Source: a virus (lineage: Duplodnaviria > Caudoviricetes). From it: 62,642 nt of DNA. This document shows positions 46,987-55,102 of the stretch, in pieces. The notes beneath the pieces were generated by a model that did no database searches, was not told the DNA's origin, and saw only the letters and a list, made by a program, of their open reading frames with translations. How positions within the stretch are numbered: the first letter of the stretch is position 1; every line of letters begins with the position of its first letter. Location of the stretch: the IMG/VR virus record IMGVR_UViG_3300049782_000072, positions 1-62,642 of that record; one strand, 5' to 3'. The position numbers and the translations under genes were made by a program.

Positions 46987-47370
46987 CTACTGCAGCGACA
47001 ACGTCAGGGACCCGGCGGTGAGCCTCAGTTCGTCGCCGGCGGCGACGGTGCGGGAGGCGGACAGTGGCCCGTACCAGAGCCGCACGGGTGTGCCTGCGTT
47101 GTCCCAGATCTCGACGCCGACGACGGTGGCGGCCGGCATGCCCGTCCACACGAGGTCGGCACTGTTACTGGTGGCGCCTGCGACGGCCGCGGCAACGGAC
47201 AGGTTCTGCCGCGCGTAGGAGCCGCCGGTGACCTCGGTGCCCGCGGTGGTGTCGTCGCCGTTCGCGGTGACGAGGGCGACCTTCAGCGGGGTGGTGGGGG
47301 CGGTGGCGGACAGGCCCAGGATGAAGTCGAGGGCCCGGTTCTCGCCGGTGTTGGTCAAGTTGTCGGCCAC
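46987..47370 (-). CDS. Fibre-associated structural protein
   Basis: EVTGGSYARQ...IWD...GD...AGSL. Confidence 0.65.
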   Translation of the reverse strand: MADNLTNTGENRALDFILGLSATAPTTPLKVALVTANGDDTTAGTEVTGGSYARQNLSVAAAVAGATSNSADLVWTGMPAATVVGVEIWDNAGTPVRLWYGPLSASRTVAAGDELRLTAGSLTLSLQ

Positions 47371-47456
47371 GCGGCCTCCTCACGGGTGGGCGCCGCGTGG
47401 CGCAAGGTGGGAGCCCCGCCGTCCGGGACCGGAGCAAGCACGGGCGGCGGGGACGA

Positions 47457-47705
47457 TCAGGCGACTCGGCGGCCGCGTTGCGGCATGGGCCGGTACGTCT
47501 TGGCGCGCTCTGCGATCTCGGGGAGGGCGTACATGGTCTTGTACTCGTGGCCCTGCCCGGTGAGCTGTCCGTCGCCTTGGAAGCGGTGGATCTTCCCGCG
47601 GCGGGCCCACTGCCGGATGACCTGGCCGGGTACGCCGGTCGCTTGGGTCGCTTCGTGCTCGTAGACGAGGTCGTCGGGGTACAGCTCGGTAACGTCCACA
47701 GGCAC
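47457..47705 (-). CDS. Small HTH DNA-binding protein, first late gene
   Basis: EA...TGVPGQVIRQWARRGKI. Confidence 0.7.
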   Translation of the reverse strand: MPVDVTELYPDDLVYEHEATQATGVPGQVIRQWARRGKIHRFQGDGQLTGQGHEYKTMYALPEIAERAKTYRPMPQRGRRVA

Positions 47706-47717
47706 CCCCGGGCATGC

Positions 47718-47746
47718 AAAAGGCCCCCGGCAGTAGCTGGGGGCCT
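47718..47746 (-). terminator. Intrinsic terminator in the late leader
   Basis: Minus strand AGGCCCCCAG-CTACTG-CCGGGGGCCT followed by TTT. Confidence 0.75.
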
Positions 47747-47783
47747 AAGAGGCTTGCGGGCACACGTGTCCTGCCCTGGGGGC

Positions 47784-47813
47784 ACTGTGACATACGGTGA
47801 TCGTCGGGGTCAA
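47784..47813 (-). promoter_or_regulatory. Putative late promoter (TTGACC-N18-CACAGT)
   Basis: Housekeeping-sigma-like -35/-10 on the minus strand pointing into the late operon. Confidence 0.55.
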
Positions 47814-47883
47814 GCCGCTTCGATAGTCCGGGATACCCGGCTATAACAAACGACATCCAGAGATACCCAAAGGTTGCTCAGCG

Positions 47884-48351
47884 TCACTGCTGGTTGGTGG
47901 TCTTGGCCCACATGCCGCGGGTGCGGCTGTGGACGGTGCGCTGGTCTACGGGCCCGGTGTAGTGGTGGTGGTGCACGTCCGGGACGGCGTCCTTGGCGCC
48001 GCGCAGGAGCCGGGCAACGGCGAAGATCGGCACGGCCACGAACGCCGGGGCGGCGCAGATCATGCCGATGACCGCCGGGTTGGCGTACCCGGAGGCGAGC
48101 ATCGCGCCGATAGCGATGGCGCCGGGCGGGATGGTGGCAACGCTCGCGGACAGCATGACCGTGCTGAGGTCGACGGCCTTCTGCGACATCGGCGGCCGGC
48201 CCGGTTGCGGGACCGGAGGCGCCGTTCCGTGCCGGGGCACGGGGGTCTTGTCGCGGTAGCTGGTGACGAAGTCGGCGATGATCCGGTCCGCCTCGACGGC
48301 GGCCTCCTGCTCAGTCATCGCGGTGCGGATCGGGTCGGTCTCGGCGGGCAT
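47884..48351 (-). CDS. Spd-like (plasmid spread) two-TM membrane protein
   Basis: PPVPQPGRPPMS, two TMs, HHHHYTGPV..RT tail; directly downstream of traB. Confidence 0.6.
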   Translation of the reverse strand: MPAETDPIRTAMTEQEAAVEADRIIADFVTSYRDKTPVPRHGTAPPVPQPGRPPMSQKAVDLSTVMLSASVATIPPGAIAIGAMLASGYANPAVIGMICAAPAFVAVPIFAVARLLRGAKDAVPDVHHHHYTGPVDQRTVHSRTRGMWAKTTNQQ

Positions 48352-48398
48352 GGCGGTCTCCTGCGGGTGATCGTTTCGGGTGGGCTGAGGGCTGTTGG

Positions 48399-48570
48399 GG
48401 CCGTCCTGACCCCCGTCCGGGCCTGTGTTTGTGCTGGTCAGGGCTCGGCTGGGGCCCGCCCGCGGGGATGTGGAGCCCGTCCAGGCCGGACGAGGCTGCG
48501 GCAGCCAGGACGAGGGGCGGACGGGGGCATATCGGATCAAACTAGGGCACTGGACGGGGGTTGGACGGGC
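48399..48570. repeat. clt-like cluster of 8-bp repeats GGACG(A/G)G(G/C)
   Basis: Five direct copies (48488, 48508, 48519, 48552, 48563) and three inverted copies (48399 with one mismatch, 48411, 48475) in the non-coding gap after traB. Confidence 0.6.
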
Positions 48571-48571
48571 C

Positions 48572-50674
48572 TCACAGGCTGATGTCGTAGCGGTTGAGCA
48601 CCGCCCGGCGGACCGCGGCGAGCGGGTAGACGGACACCTTGCTGCCGTTGACCTCCTGCCGGCGCTTCTCCTCCTCGGTGCGCGGCACGAGCGCGGCCAG
48701 CCGATCGGCGGTCACCGGGTAGCCGGCCGAGCCGAGCCCTTCGGTGACCCGGGCCGCGGGCAGCACGTCGACGCCCTCCGCGTACAGGCCGAACAGGGTG
48801 GCGAGGATCTCGCCGTCCTCGCCGGCGGCACGCAGCCGGTCCATCGGGCCGAGCGGCAGCGTCCCGGCTTCCTGCCGCAGCGCGTAGGCGCGCTGCATGA
48901 TGGCGGCGACCTCGTCGTCGTCGTAGTAGTCGCCACGGACCAGCTCCGGCTCGGCGCCCTCGCCGTCCATGTAGATGCCCACGCCGCGCTGGGACTTGAG
49001 GATGTCCTGCGCGTTGTGGCCGGCGGAGGCGTAGCCCTGGCCGAGGATCGTGTCGGAGGCCTGCGGGGTGAGGCAGCGCATCGCCCAGCGAATGGACAGG
49101 ATGTCGCGGATGCCGGTGGGCACCGAGTCGCTGTCGGGCTTCTGTGTGGCGGCGAGGCTGATGATGCCGAGCGCCCGACCCTGCTGGACGATCAGCCGCA
49201 GCAGCCGTTCCATCTCCTGCCGGGTCTTCTGGTCGGCGGCGGCGCCGTAGGACGACCATTCGTCGACGAGGAGCACCGCCAGGCAGACCCGCGGGTCGAC
49301 GGCCGCCATCGCCTCGGTCAGCTTCCGGGAGCCGTGCTCCTTGGCCAGCGCCCGCCGTTCTTTGATCTCGACGTCCCACATGTGCTGCAGGATGTCGAGG
49401 AGCCTGTCGGGATCGCCGTCGGTGTCGAACATCGCGGCGATCGGCTCGAACGGGGTGATGTCGGCGCCGGCCTTGCCGTCGGCGAGGTACATGCGCACCG
49501 TCGGGTCGAGCGCGGCAGCGAGCAGCAGGTCGTTGGCGGCCGCGGACTTGCCGGAGCCGGGCTCGCCACCGAACAGGCCGGATCGCTCGACCCACGAGGT
49601 GAAGACTTCCTCGCCGCGCAGGTTGACGCCCATCCGGATGGGCTGCCACAGGTTGACCCGCTCGGCGTCGAGCAGCGGGCCCCGGGTGGGCTTGGTGGAG
49701 AACGGTAGCTTCAGCGACACCCGCAGATGGATGGTGTCTTCGCGGTTGCCGCGGGTCTGGTGGACCTGCTGCACGGAGACGCCGAAGCCGTTGGCGATGC
49801 CTTCGCGGGCGCCGAGCGCCTTCTTGGCGGGGATGCCGGACGGCAGTTGGAAGACGACCTGCCAGGCCTTGCCGTCGGCGGTGAGGGTGCAGGGGGTGAT
49901 GAGGCGCAGTTCGTCGTCGGCGGCGATGACGCGGGCGTCGCGGTAGACCCGGTTGACCATGCTGTCGGTCATGCGGTCCCCGTCGCCGATCTTGGCGTCG
50001 CGGTCGGTGTACAGCTCGCCCGCGGTGGTGCGCCGGCCGATCAGCGCGAACGTGGCGAGCGTCGCGGCGGTGGCTGCGAGCCCGCCGGGCGCGCCGAGCA
50101 GCTGCAGTCCGGCGCCCTCGACCCCGGCGATCGGCGCGAGGGCGGCGATGCCGCGCACGGCACGCCGCATGCGGGCTTCGCGCTGCGCCGACCGGTACTT
50201 GCTCATCGCGGACGCCGAGTCCTTGAACGCGTCCTCCATCTCCCGGCGGCGCTTCTCCTTCTCCTTGCCGGGCATGAGCCGCCGGTCGTGCGCCCACTTC
50301 GCGGCCTTGTAGTCGCGCTGCGTCTGCTGCAGCTCATGCCGGGCGGCGGTCACCTGGGCGCCCTCGGTGCCCTGCACCCACAGCGCCACGCGGCGGATGC
50401 CGCGGCCGATCTGGGAGGCGTGCCCGTGCTCGGTGGCCTGCCGGCGCAGCCACTTGCGGAAGCCGCGCACCGTGTTGACCCGACCGACCTGGGCGCGGCT
50501 CTTCCACCCGATGCGGGTCTTCGTCCACGCCGGGGTGAGGGGGGTGTCGCCCATCAGGTCGACGGACGTGGCCGGCTTCTCGACCGCTGCCTCGCCGGGG
50601 CCGTTCAGGTAGCCGCCGACGATGCGCTCCCACTCCGGGTCCGGGCTGCTGCTCGGGGTCGTCTCGATGCTCAC
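48572..50674 (-). CDS. traB: TraB-like FtsK/SpoIIIE conjugative DNA translocase
   Basis: N-terminal TM region, GGEPGSGKS, ADGK, LLVDE, QGRALGI...ATQKP, C-terminal wHTH-sized tail; 700 aa; Spd/Kor-like neighbours. Confidence 0.85.
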   Translation of the reverse strand: MSIETTPSSSPDPEWERIVGGYLNGPGEAAVEKPATSVDLMGDTPLTPAWTKTRIGWKSRAQVGRVNTVRGFRKWLRRQATEHGHASQIGRGIRRVALWVQGTEGAQVTAARHELQQTQRDYKAAKWAHDRRLMPGKEKEKRRREMEDAFKDSASAMSKYRSAQREARMRRAVRGIAALAPIAGVEGAGLQLLGAPGGLAATAATLATFALIGRRTTAGELYTDRDAKIGDGDRMTDSMVNRVYRDARVIAADDELRLITPCTLTADGKAWQVVFQLPSGIPAKKALGAREGIANGFGVSVQQVHQTRGNREDTIHLRVSLKLPFSTKPTRGPLLDAERVNLWQPIRMGVNLRGEEVFTSWVERSGLFGGEPGSGKSAAANDLLLAAALDPTVRMYLADGKAGADITPFEPIAAMFDTDGDPDRLLDILQHMWDVEIKERRALAKEHGSRKLTEAMAAVDPRVCLAVLLVDEWSSYGAAADQKTRQEMERLLRLIVQQGRALGIISLAATQKPDSDSVPTGIRDILSIRWAMRCLTPQASDTILGQGYASAGHNAQDILKSQRGVGIYMDGEGAEPELVRGDYYDDDEVAAIMQRAYALRQEAGTLPLGPMDRLRAAGEDGEILATLFGLYAEGVDVLPAARVTEGLGSAGYPVTADRLAALVPRTEEEKRRQEVNGSKVSVYPLAAVRRAVLNRYDISL

Positions 50675-51918
50675 TGCGACTCCTTCTTCGCGGCGGTCTG
50701 CTTGGCGGTGAGAGAGGCCGCGCGACGAGCGGCCGGGCTGTACTTCACGTCGCCCGTGGTGCGCCGTCCGGGGCGCGCGGGCGGGTTGTAGACGCGGGGC
50801 TTCTTCGCACCGGGCACTTGCGATGCGACCTGCTGTGATGATCGGTTCACGGGGCGCTTCTGCCGGGCGGCTTCGACCCTCGCCTCGGCGGCGTTGCGCA
50901 GTCGGATAATCTCCGCGGACTCGGACGGGTCGGCACCCTCGACGTCGCGGTGCGCGCGCTTCCACACGGCCTCGGTGACGGTCGTCTCGCCGAGTGCCGC
51001 GGCGAGCCGCAGGGCGTGCTGCCACACCTTCGGGAACTCCTTGGCGCGGGCCTGCGCGAGCTTCTCCGCAGCCTCCGCGGCGGCACGCTCGGCGGCCTCC
51101 TTCTCAGCGGCGCGGCGCTTCTCGTCCGCGGCCTTGCGGGCGGCTTCCGCACGCTCGGCCTTGGCCTGCGCCTTGCGCTGCCGCCGCGACAGCTTGCCGT
51201 CCCGCTTGCGGATCTGGCCGTGCTCGTGGAGGTCGTACACGCCGGGGCCGGCGATGGACGCGAACGCGGTACCGATCGCTGTGGCCGGGTCGAAGGCGTG
51301 CAGCCCGTGCCACAGGTTGATGGCGGCAGCGATGAAGGCCAGTACCCAAGCGATGAGCCGGTAGTGCCAGTGCGGCCGGTGGTCGGCGGCTGCGGCCCGG
51401 GCGCCCTTGAGGACGACCCACGCCCCACCTTCGAGCATGATCGGCGCGGCCATCAGCCACAGAGCGTTGGGGTTGTAGAACGCGGCGATCTGCACGGGCA
51501 GGGCGACGATCGAGCAGACGGCGTAGAACCTGAGCGCGTACTGGCGCCACTGCTCCTCGGCGGCAGCGACCTCGGCGGCCTTCGCCGCTTCTGCCTGCTC
51601 CTGCGCGGCGGCCTTCTCATCGGCCTCGCGAGCGGCCCGTTCCTGCTCCTCGCGTTCCCGGTTGAGCTTCGCGATGCGAGCCTCCCGGGCGGCCTGCTCC
51701 TCGCGGGCACGGGCCTCGGCCTTGTCGTTGGCGATCTTCTGCTTGCGGGCTTCCTCCGCGGCCTTGATCTTCTCGGCTTCGGCCTTGCCCTCGGCTTGGA
51801 TGCGGGCGGCTTCGGCTTCGGCGGCGGCGCGGGTCCGGATCGCCTCCGCCTCGGCCAGCGCGACCGGGTCGAAGCCGTGGTCGTGGCCGTTGAGCCTCTC
51901 GATCGACGTGGCGGTCAC
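50671..51918 (-). CDS. Coiled-coil multi-TM protein (SpdB2/DUF2637-like transfer accessory)
   Basis: Coiled coils flanking about four TMs with AAINLWH; GTGA-coupled to traB. Confidence 0.65.
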   Translation of the reverse strand: MTATSIERLNGHDHGFDPVALAEAEAIRTRAAAEAEAARIQAEGKAEAEKIKAAEEARKQKIANDKAEARAREEQAAREARIAKLNREREEQERAAREADEKAAAQEQAEAAKAAEVAAAEEQWRQYALRFYAVCSIVALPVQIAAFYNPNALWLMAAPIMLEGGAWVVLKGARAAAADHRPHWHYRLIAWVLAFIAAAINLWHGLHAFDPATAIGTAFASIAGPGVYDLHEHGQIRKRDGKLSRRQRKAQAKAERAEAARKAADEKRRAAEKEAAERAAAEAAEKLAQARAKEFPKVWQHALRLAAALGETTVTEAVWKRAHRDVEGADPSESAEIIRLRNAAEARVEAARQKRPVNRSSQQVASQVPGAKKPRVYNPPARPGRRTTGDVKYSPAARRAASLTAKQTAAKKESQ

Positions 51919-51939
51919 GGGTATCAGTCCTTCCGGGTC

Positions 51940-52128
51940 TCAGCTGGCGGTGACGCGGGCGCGTCGGTACAGGCGGGTTGATTCGCCTTGGCGGGCGGAC
52001 GGCTGGGGGGTGAGCCCGTTGAACCGGTTCTCGCCGGGGGCGGTGGGCTGCCAGGCCCGGGCGGGCTTGGGGCCGCGGCTGTCGTCGGTGCGGGCGGCGC
52101 CGCCTTCGGTCTCGTTGTGCCAGGCCAT
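51940..52128 (-). CDS. Hypothetical protein (transfer operon)
   Basis: TGATG coupling. Confidence 0.5.
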   Translation of the reverse strand: MAWHNETEGGAARTDDSRGPKPARAWQPTAPGENRFNGLTPQPSARQGESTRLYRRARVTAS

Positions 52129-52325
52129 CAGGCGGCCCTCACCGGGGTCGGACGGTGCTTCAGCCAGGCGGCGACGGCGGCGAGGGCGAGCACGTGGCCC
52201 GGGATCAGGCCGACGATCACGGCGGCACCGGTCGCGGCCATACCGATCGGGGCGGCGGCCGCCGGCCACAAGCCGACGACGATCAGGAAGCTGGTCAACA
52301 GCAGCCAGCGGACGTAACGGGACAT
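52128..52325 (-). CDS. Small hydrophobic Spd-like membrane protein
   Basis: 65 aa, almost entirely hydrophobic. Confidence 0.6.
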   Translation of the reverse strand: MSRYVRWLLLTSFLIVVGLWPAAAAPIGMAATGAAVIVGLIPGHVLALAAVAAWLKHRPTPVRAA

Positions 52326-52366
52326 GGCGACCTCTTCGGGGGTCGGAACGGTTGGGGTGGTCTGGT

Positions 52367-52416
52367 TGGCGCCCCGGGCCGGATTCGATCCGGCAGCATC
52401 ACGCCGGGACCGGGGC
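52367..52416 (-). ncRNA. tRNA-like mini-structure 1 (acceptor stem, T-arm, CCA; no D or anticodon arm)
   Basis: GCCCCGG-N15-GCCGG-ATCGAAT-CCGGC-CCGGGGC-G-CCA. Confidence 0.6.
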
Positions 52417-52422
52417 TGAGGG

Positions 52423-52593
52423 TCAGCTGAGGCGCTCGACCTTGACGTCGAGGTCGCGCGGGTCGGTCTTGGCGGCCTTCACGCGACGATCGAGGTCGGC
52501 CTGGCTGTAGACGGTCACCGAGTCGGTGGAGCCGCCGAGCGGGTTGACCTTCTGGCCGGTGCGGCTGGTGGCGGTGAGCTTGAACTTCGGCAT
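52423..52593 (-). CDS. Hypothetical 56-aa protein
   Basis: GAGGA RBS; MPKFKLTATSRTG... Confidence 0.6.
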   Translation of the reverse strand: MPKFKLTATSRTGQKVNPLGGSTDSVTVYSQADLDRRVKAAKTDPRDLDVKVERLS

Positions 52594-52634
52594 GGGCTAG
52601 TCCTCTCGGGTCGGGTGGAGGATCGGGCTACCGG

Positions 52635-52787
52635 TCAGTCGTCGGATGCGGTGGAGGTGTAGGTGTTGCCGTGCTCGTCGGTGACGGTCTCGCCCGGCTG
52701 CACCGTGAAGGCCGACTCGACGTCCACGCCCTGCTCCTGCGGCGTGACGATCTCCCCGTCGGAGAAGCCGAACACCAGCCCGCCCAT
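52635..52787 (-). CDS. Small acidic protein
   Basis: TGATG coupling. Confidence 0.5.
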   Translation of the reverse strand: MGGLVFGFSDGEIVTPQEQGVDVESAFTVQPGETVTDEHGNTYTSTASDD

Positions 52788-52957
52788 CAGCGGCGGCCCT
52801 TCTTCAGCTCGGACGCGCGGTCGAGGTTCGCGTCCATCGCCTCGCCGTAGGCCCGGGCCAGGTCCGGCCGGCCAGCCGCCTCCATGCGCTTCTGGATCTC
52901 GCGGCACTCGGCGGCGCCCTGCTCGTAGGTCCCGGCCGACTGCTTCTTCTTGAACAC
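52787..52957 (-). CDS. Small hypothetical protein
   Basis: GAAGGA RBS with GTG start. Confidence 0.55.
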   Translation of the reverse strand: MFKKKQSAGTYEQGAAECREIQKRMEAAGRPDLARAYGEAMDANLDRASELKKGRR

Positions 52958-52993
52958 GGTGGTCCTTCCGGATCGGTGAATGTGGGTGGTGCG

Positions 52994-53041
52994 TGCCCCG
53001 GGCCGGATCCGATCCGGCGGCATCGCGCTGGGGGCCGGGGC
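52994..53041 (-). ncRNA. tRNA-like mini-structure 2
   Basis: GCCCCGG-N16-GCCGG-ATCGGAT-CCGGC-CCGGGGC-A; paralog of 52367-52416. Confidence 0.55.
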
Positions 53042-53091
53042 TGGGTGCCGGGCGGGCAGGGGGATGGACCGCCGCCCAGCGGATCAGGGGG

Positions 53092-53334
53092 TCAGGCGGC
53101 GGCCGGGCGGGCGACGTGCAGCGGCAGGCAGTGCGTCCGCCAGTCCTGGTGCACCGGGCACGTGAGCCGCTCCGAGTCCGGCACCGAGTACGCGGTCTCG
53201 CGGTGCAGGGCGCGGGAGAAGTCGTCGCCGAACAGGTCGGCCATCACATCGGCGACCGTGACGCGCTCCCGGCGGCGGGCGGCCAGCGGAGTCGTCGCGG
53301 CGAGATCGGCATCGGACAGAACGAACGGAGACAT
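53092..53334 (-). CDS. Hypothetical protein
   Basis: GAGG RBS; CPVH..W..HC. Confidence 0.55.
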   Translation of the reverse strand: MSPFVLSDADLAATTPLAARRRERVTVADVMADLFGDDFSRALHRETAYSVPDSERLTCPVHQDWRTHCLPLHVARPAAA

Positions 53335-53505
53335 GGCGATCTAGACCTCTCGGGTCAGTAGGGGGTGTGGGTGGGGAGCCGCGGGCGGCGGGAAAGGGGG
53401 CGGTTTCAACCGCCACCCGCGGCGGTCTAGGTGGGCGTCAGCCCTGGGGGTGGGGCCTCGGGGGCCTGATCGGAAGCTCGGGTTTCGTGCGCTCGTGCTC
53501 GGCGC

Positions 53506-53724
53506 TCACGACGCGTCCCGCACCAGGCGCAGACGCGGACCGGGTCCCGGCTGCTGCTGGGGCGCTGCGGTGGCCGGCGTGAACCAGTGGCCCAGACGGC
53601 GCTGCGTCACCGGATCGACGACCGTCACCAGCACCGCCGGCGACTCGCCATCCCACGCCGGCAGCTTCGCGACGATCTCCTGCGCCGCCGACTGCAGCAG
53701 CGCCAGACGCTCCCGCTCCGTCAC
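53506..53724 (-). CDS. Hypothetical protein
   Basis: GTGA coupling. Confidence 0.5.
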   Translation of the reverse strand: MTERERLALLQSAAQEIVAKLPAWDGESPAVLVTVVDPVTQRRLGHWFTPATAAPQQQPGPGPRLRLVRDAS

Positions 53725-53885
53725 GACACGGCCTCCGCCACGATCAGGAACGCGTCGGCGTCCAAGTCCATGACGACCGTGGCCGGAGTACCAGCCGCCG
53801 TCAGCTCGGCGGCCTTCTCCTCCGCCGGCCAGCTGCCGCGCGGATTGCCAGCCGGGATGCGGTCGAGGACCTCGCGGGCGCTCAC
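53721..53885 (-). CDS. Hypothetical protein
   Basis: GTGA coupling; P.GSWPAEE.A. Confidence 0.5.
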   Translation of the reverse strand: MSAREVLDRIPAGNPRGSWPAEEKAAELTAAGTPATVVMDLDADAFLIVAEAVS

Positions 53886-54193
53886 GCCACACCACCGATG
53901 AGGTCCAAGCGGCCGGCGTCGGCGAGGGTGGCGCGGGCCCCGGCGGCAACGTCCTCGGCGTGGGCCAGGCTGTCCGCGTCGAGGTCCGTCATCTCGCCGG
54001 ACGCGGCGACCGCGGACAACTGCGCAGCCCGGGCGGAGGCCACCTCGTAGCGGGTCACTGCCCGGACGATCTCGACGGGGATCGTCAGCGCCAGCTCCAG
54101 CGAGCGGACCGCAGCAACAGCGGCCGACGACAGCGGGGCGGTGCCCGCGTTCTCGGCGCGCTCGGGCGCCGGGGTGATGGTCGTGCTGGTCAT
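53882..54193 (-). CDS. Hypothetical protein
   Basis: GGAGG RBS; coupled. Confidence 0.55.
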   Translation of the reverse strand: MTSTTITPAPERAENAGTAPLSSAAVAAVRSLELALTIPVEIVRAVTRYEVASARAAQLSAVAASGEMTDLDADSLAHAEDVAAGARATLADAGRLDLIGGVA

Positions 54194-54396
54194 CAGGCCA
54201 CCTCCGTGGCGGTCGGGGCGGGCGCGCCCGTCGAATTCAGGACGGACTCAGGGATACGCAGAGCGCCGGTCGCCTTGTCGCCCGGCGTGTAGGGCTGCCC
54301 GTTCCTGTAGGCCGGGAGAAAGCCCTGGTGGATCCAGCGGTAGACGGTCGCGGGGTGCACTCGGAAGTGCGTCGCGACGTCTCGAACTCGCAGCAT
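54193..54396 (-). CDS. Excisionase-like HTH_17 protein leading the transfer operon
   Basis: LRVRDVATHFRVHPATVYRWIHQG.L.A...LRIP. Confidence 0.82.
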   Translation of the reverse strand: MLRVRDVATHFRVHPATVYRWIHQGFLPAYRNGQPYTPGDKATGALRIPESVLNSTGAPAPTATEVA

Positions 54397-54420
54397 TACG
54401 CCTCCGATCGAGTGCTTCGC

Positions 54421-54524
54421 ATCTGTGAGCAACCTTAAAGGTTTGCCGAATAAGGTAGCAAGCCTCGCAGCACAGATTTGGCCAGGGAGTCACCGGTAGG
54501 CGTAAGCATCAAGGGCTTAAGGTT
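54421..54524. promoter_or_regulatory. Divergent kor/tra control region with palindrome AACCTT-A-AAGGTT (54431-54443)
   Basis: AT-rich palindrome, related TAAGGT half-sites, and ATCTGTG/CACAGAT inverted repeat. Confidence 0.5.
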
Positions 54525-54570
54525 GGTGAGGTCAGAAGAGGGATCGCCAGCCGGAGGGGAGGCTCAACAG

Positions 54571-55101
54571 ATGGCCGATATGCAGCGAACACCCGACTCG
54601 CTTGCCTACGTCAAGCCGCGCGGCGCTGGGGAAACAGACGCCTGGAGTGAAGAGACGGGGCAGCGGGGAGGGCAGCGGCTCGCCGAAGTCGCCGAGGTTG
54701 TCCCCCCACGCGAGGTGGCCAGCGCTCTGCGCCTCTCGACCGGCGCGAAGGCAGTCGTGCGGCGGCGCATCATCCTGCTCGACGGCGACGTCATCGAGCT
54801 GGCCGACTCGTACTACCCCCTCTCCGTCGCTCGCGGCACAGCGCTCACTGAGAAGCGAAAGATCAAGGGCGGCGCTCCGACCCTGCTGGCAGAGCTGGGC
54901 TACCGTCCCCGGCACGTCACCGAAGATCTTGAGTTCCGCCCGGCCAACGAGTTCGAGTGCACGACCCTCGCGCTACCAGACGGCGCCAGCGTGCTAACCC
55001 TCCTGCGCACCACATCCACCGAAGACGGGAGCCCCTACGAAGTGCAGCTGATGGTCATGAAGGCGCCTCGCCGCCTCCGCTACGAGATCGAGGTCGACTG
55101 A
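54571..55101 (+). CDS. UTRA-only protein (GntR/HutC effector domain without HTH)
   Basis: EVVPPREVA.ALRL, DSYYP, GG.P.LL.ELGY; paralogous to the C-terminus of the next gene. Confidence 0.8.
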   Translation: MADMQRTPDSLAYVKPRGAGETDAWSEETGQRGGQRLAEVAEVVPPREVASALRLSTGAKAVVRRRIILLDGDVIELADSYYPLSVARGTALTEKRKIKGGAPTLLAELGYRPRHVTEDLEFRPANEFECTTLALPDGASVLTLLRTTSTEDGSPYEVQLMVMKAPRRLRYEIEVD

Positions 55102-55102
55102 C

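Noticed and set aside
52367-52416. Canonical tRNA gene
   Set aside because: There is no D arm or anticodon arm; reported as a tRNA-like element instead. I saw no full tRNA gene in the window
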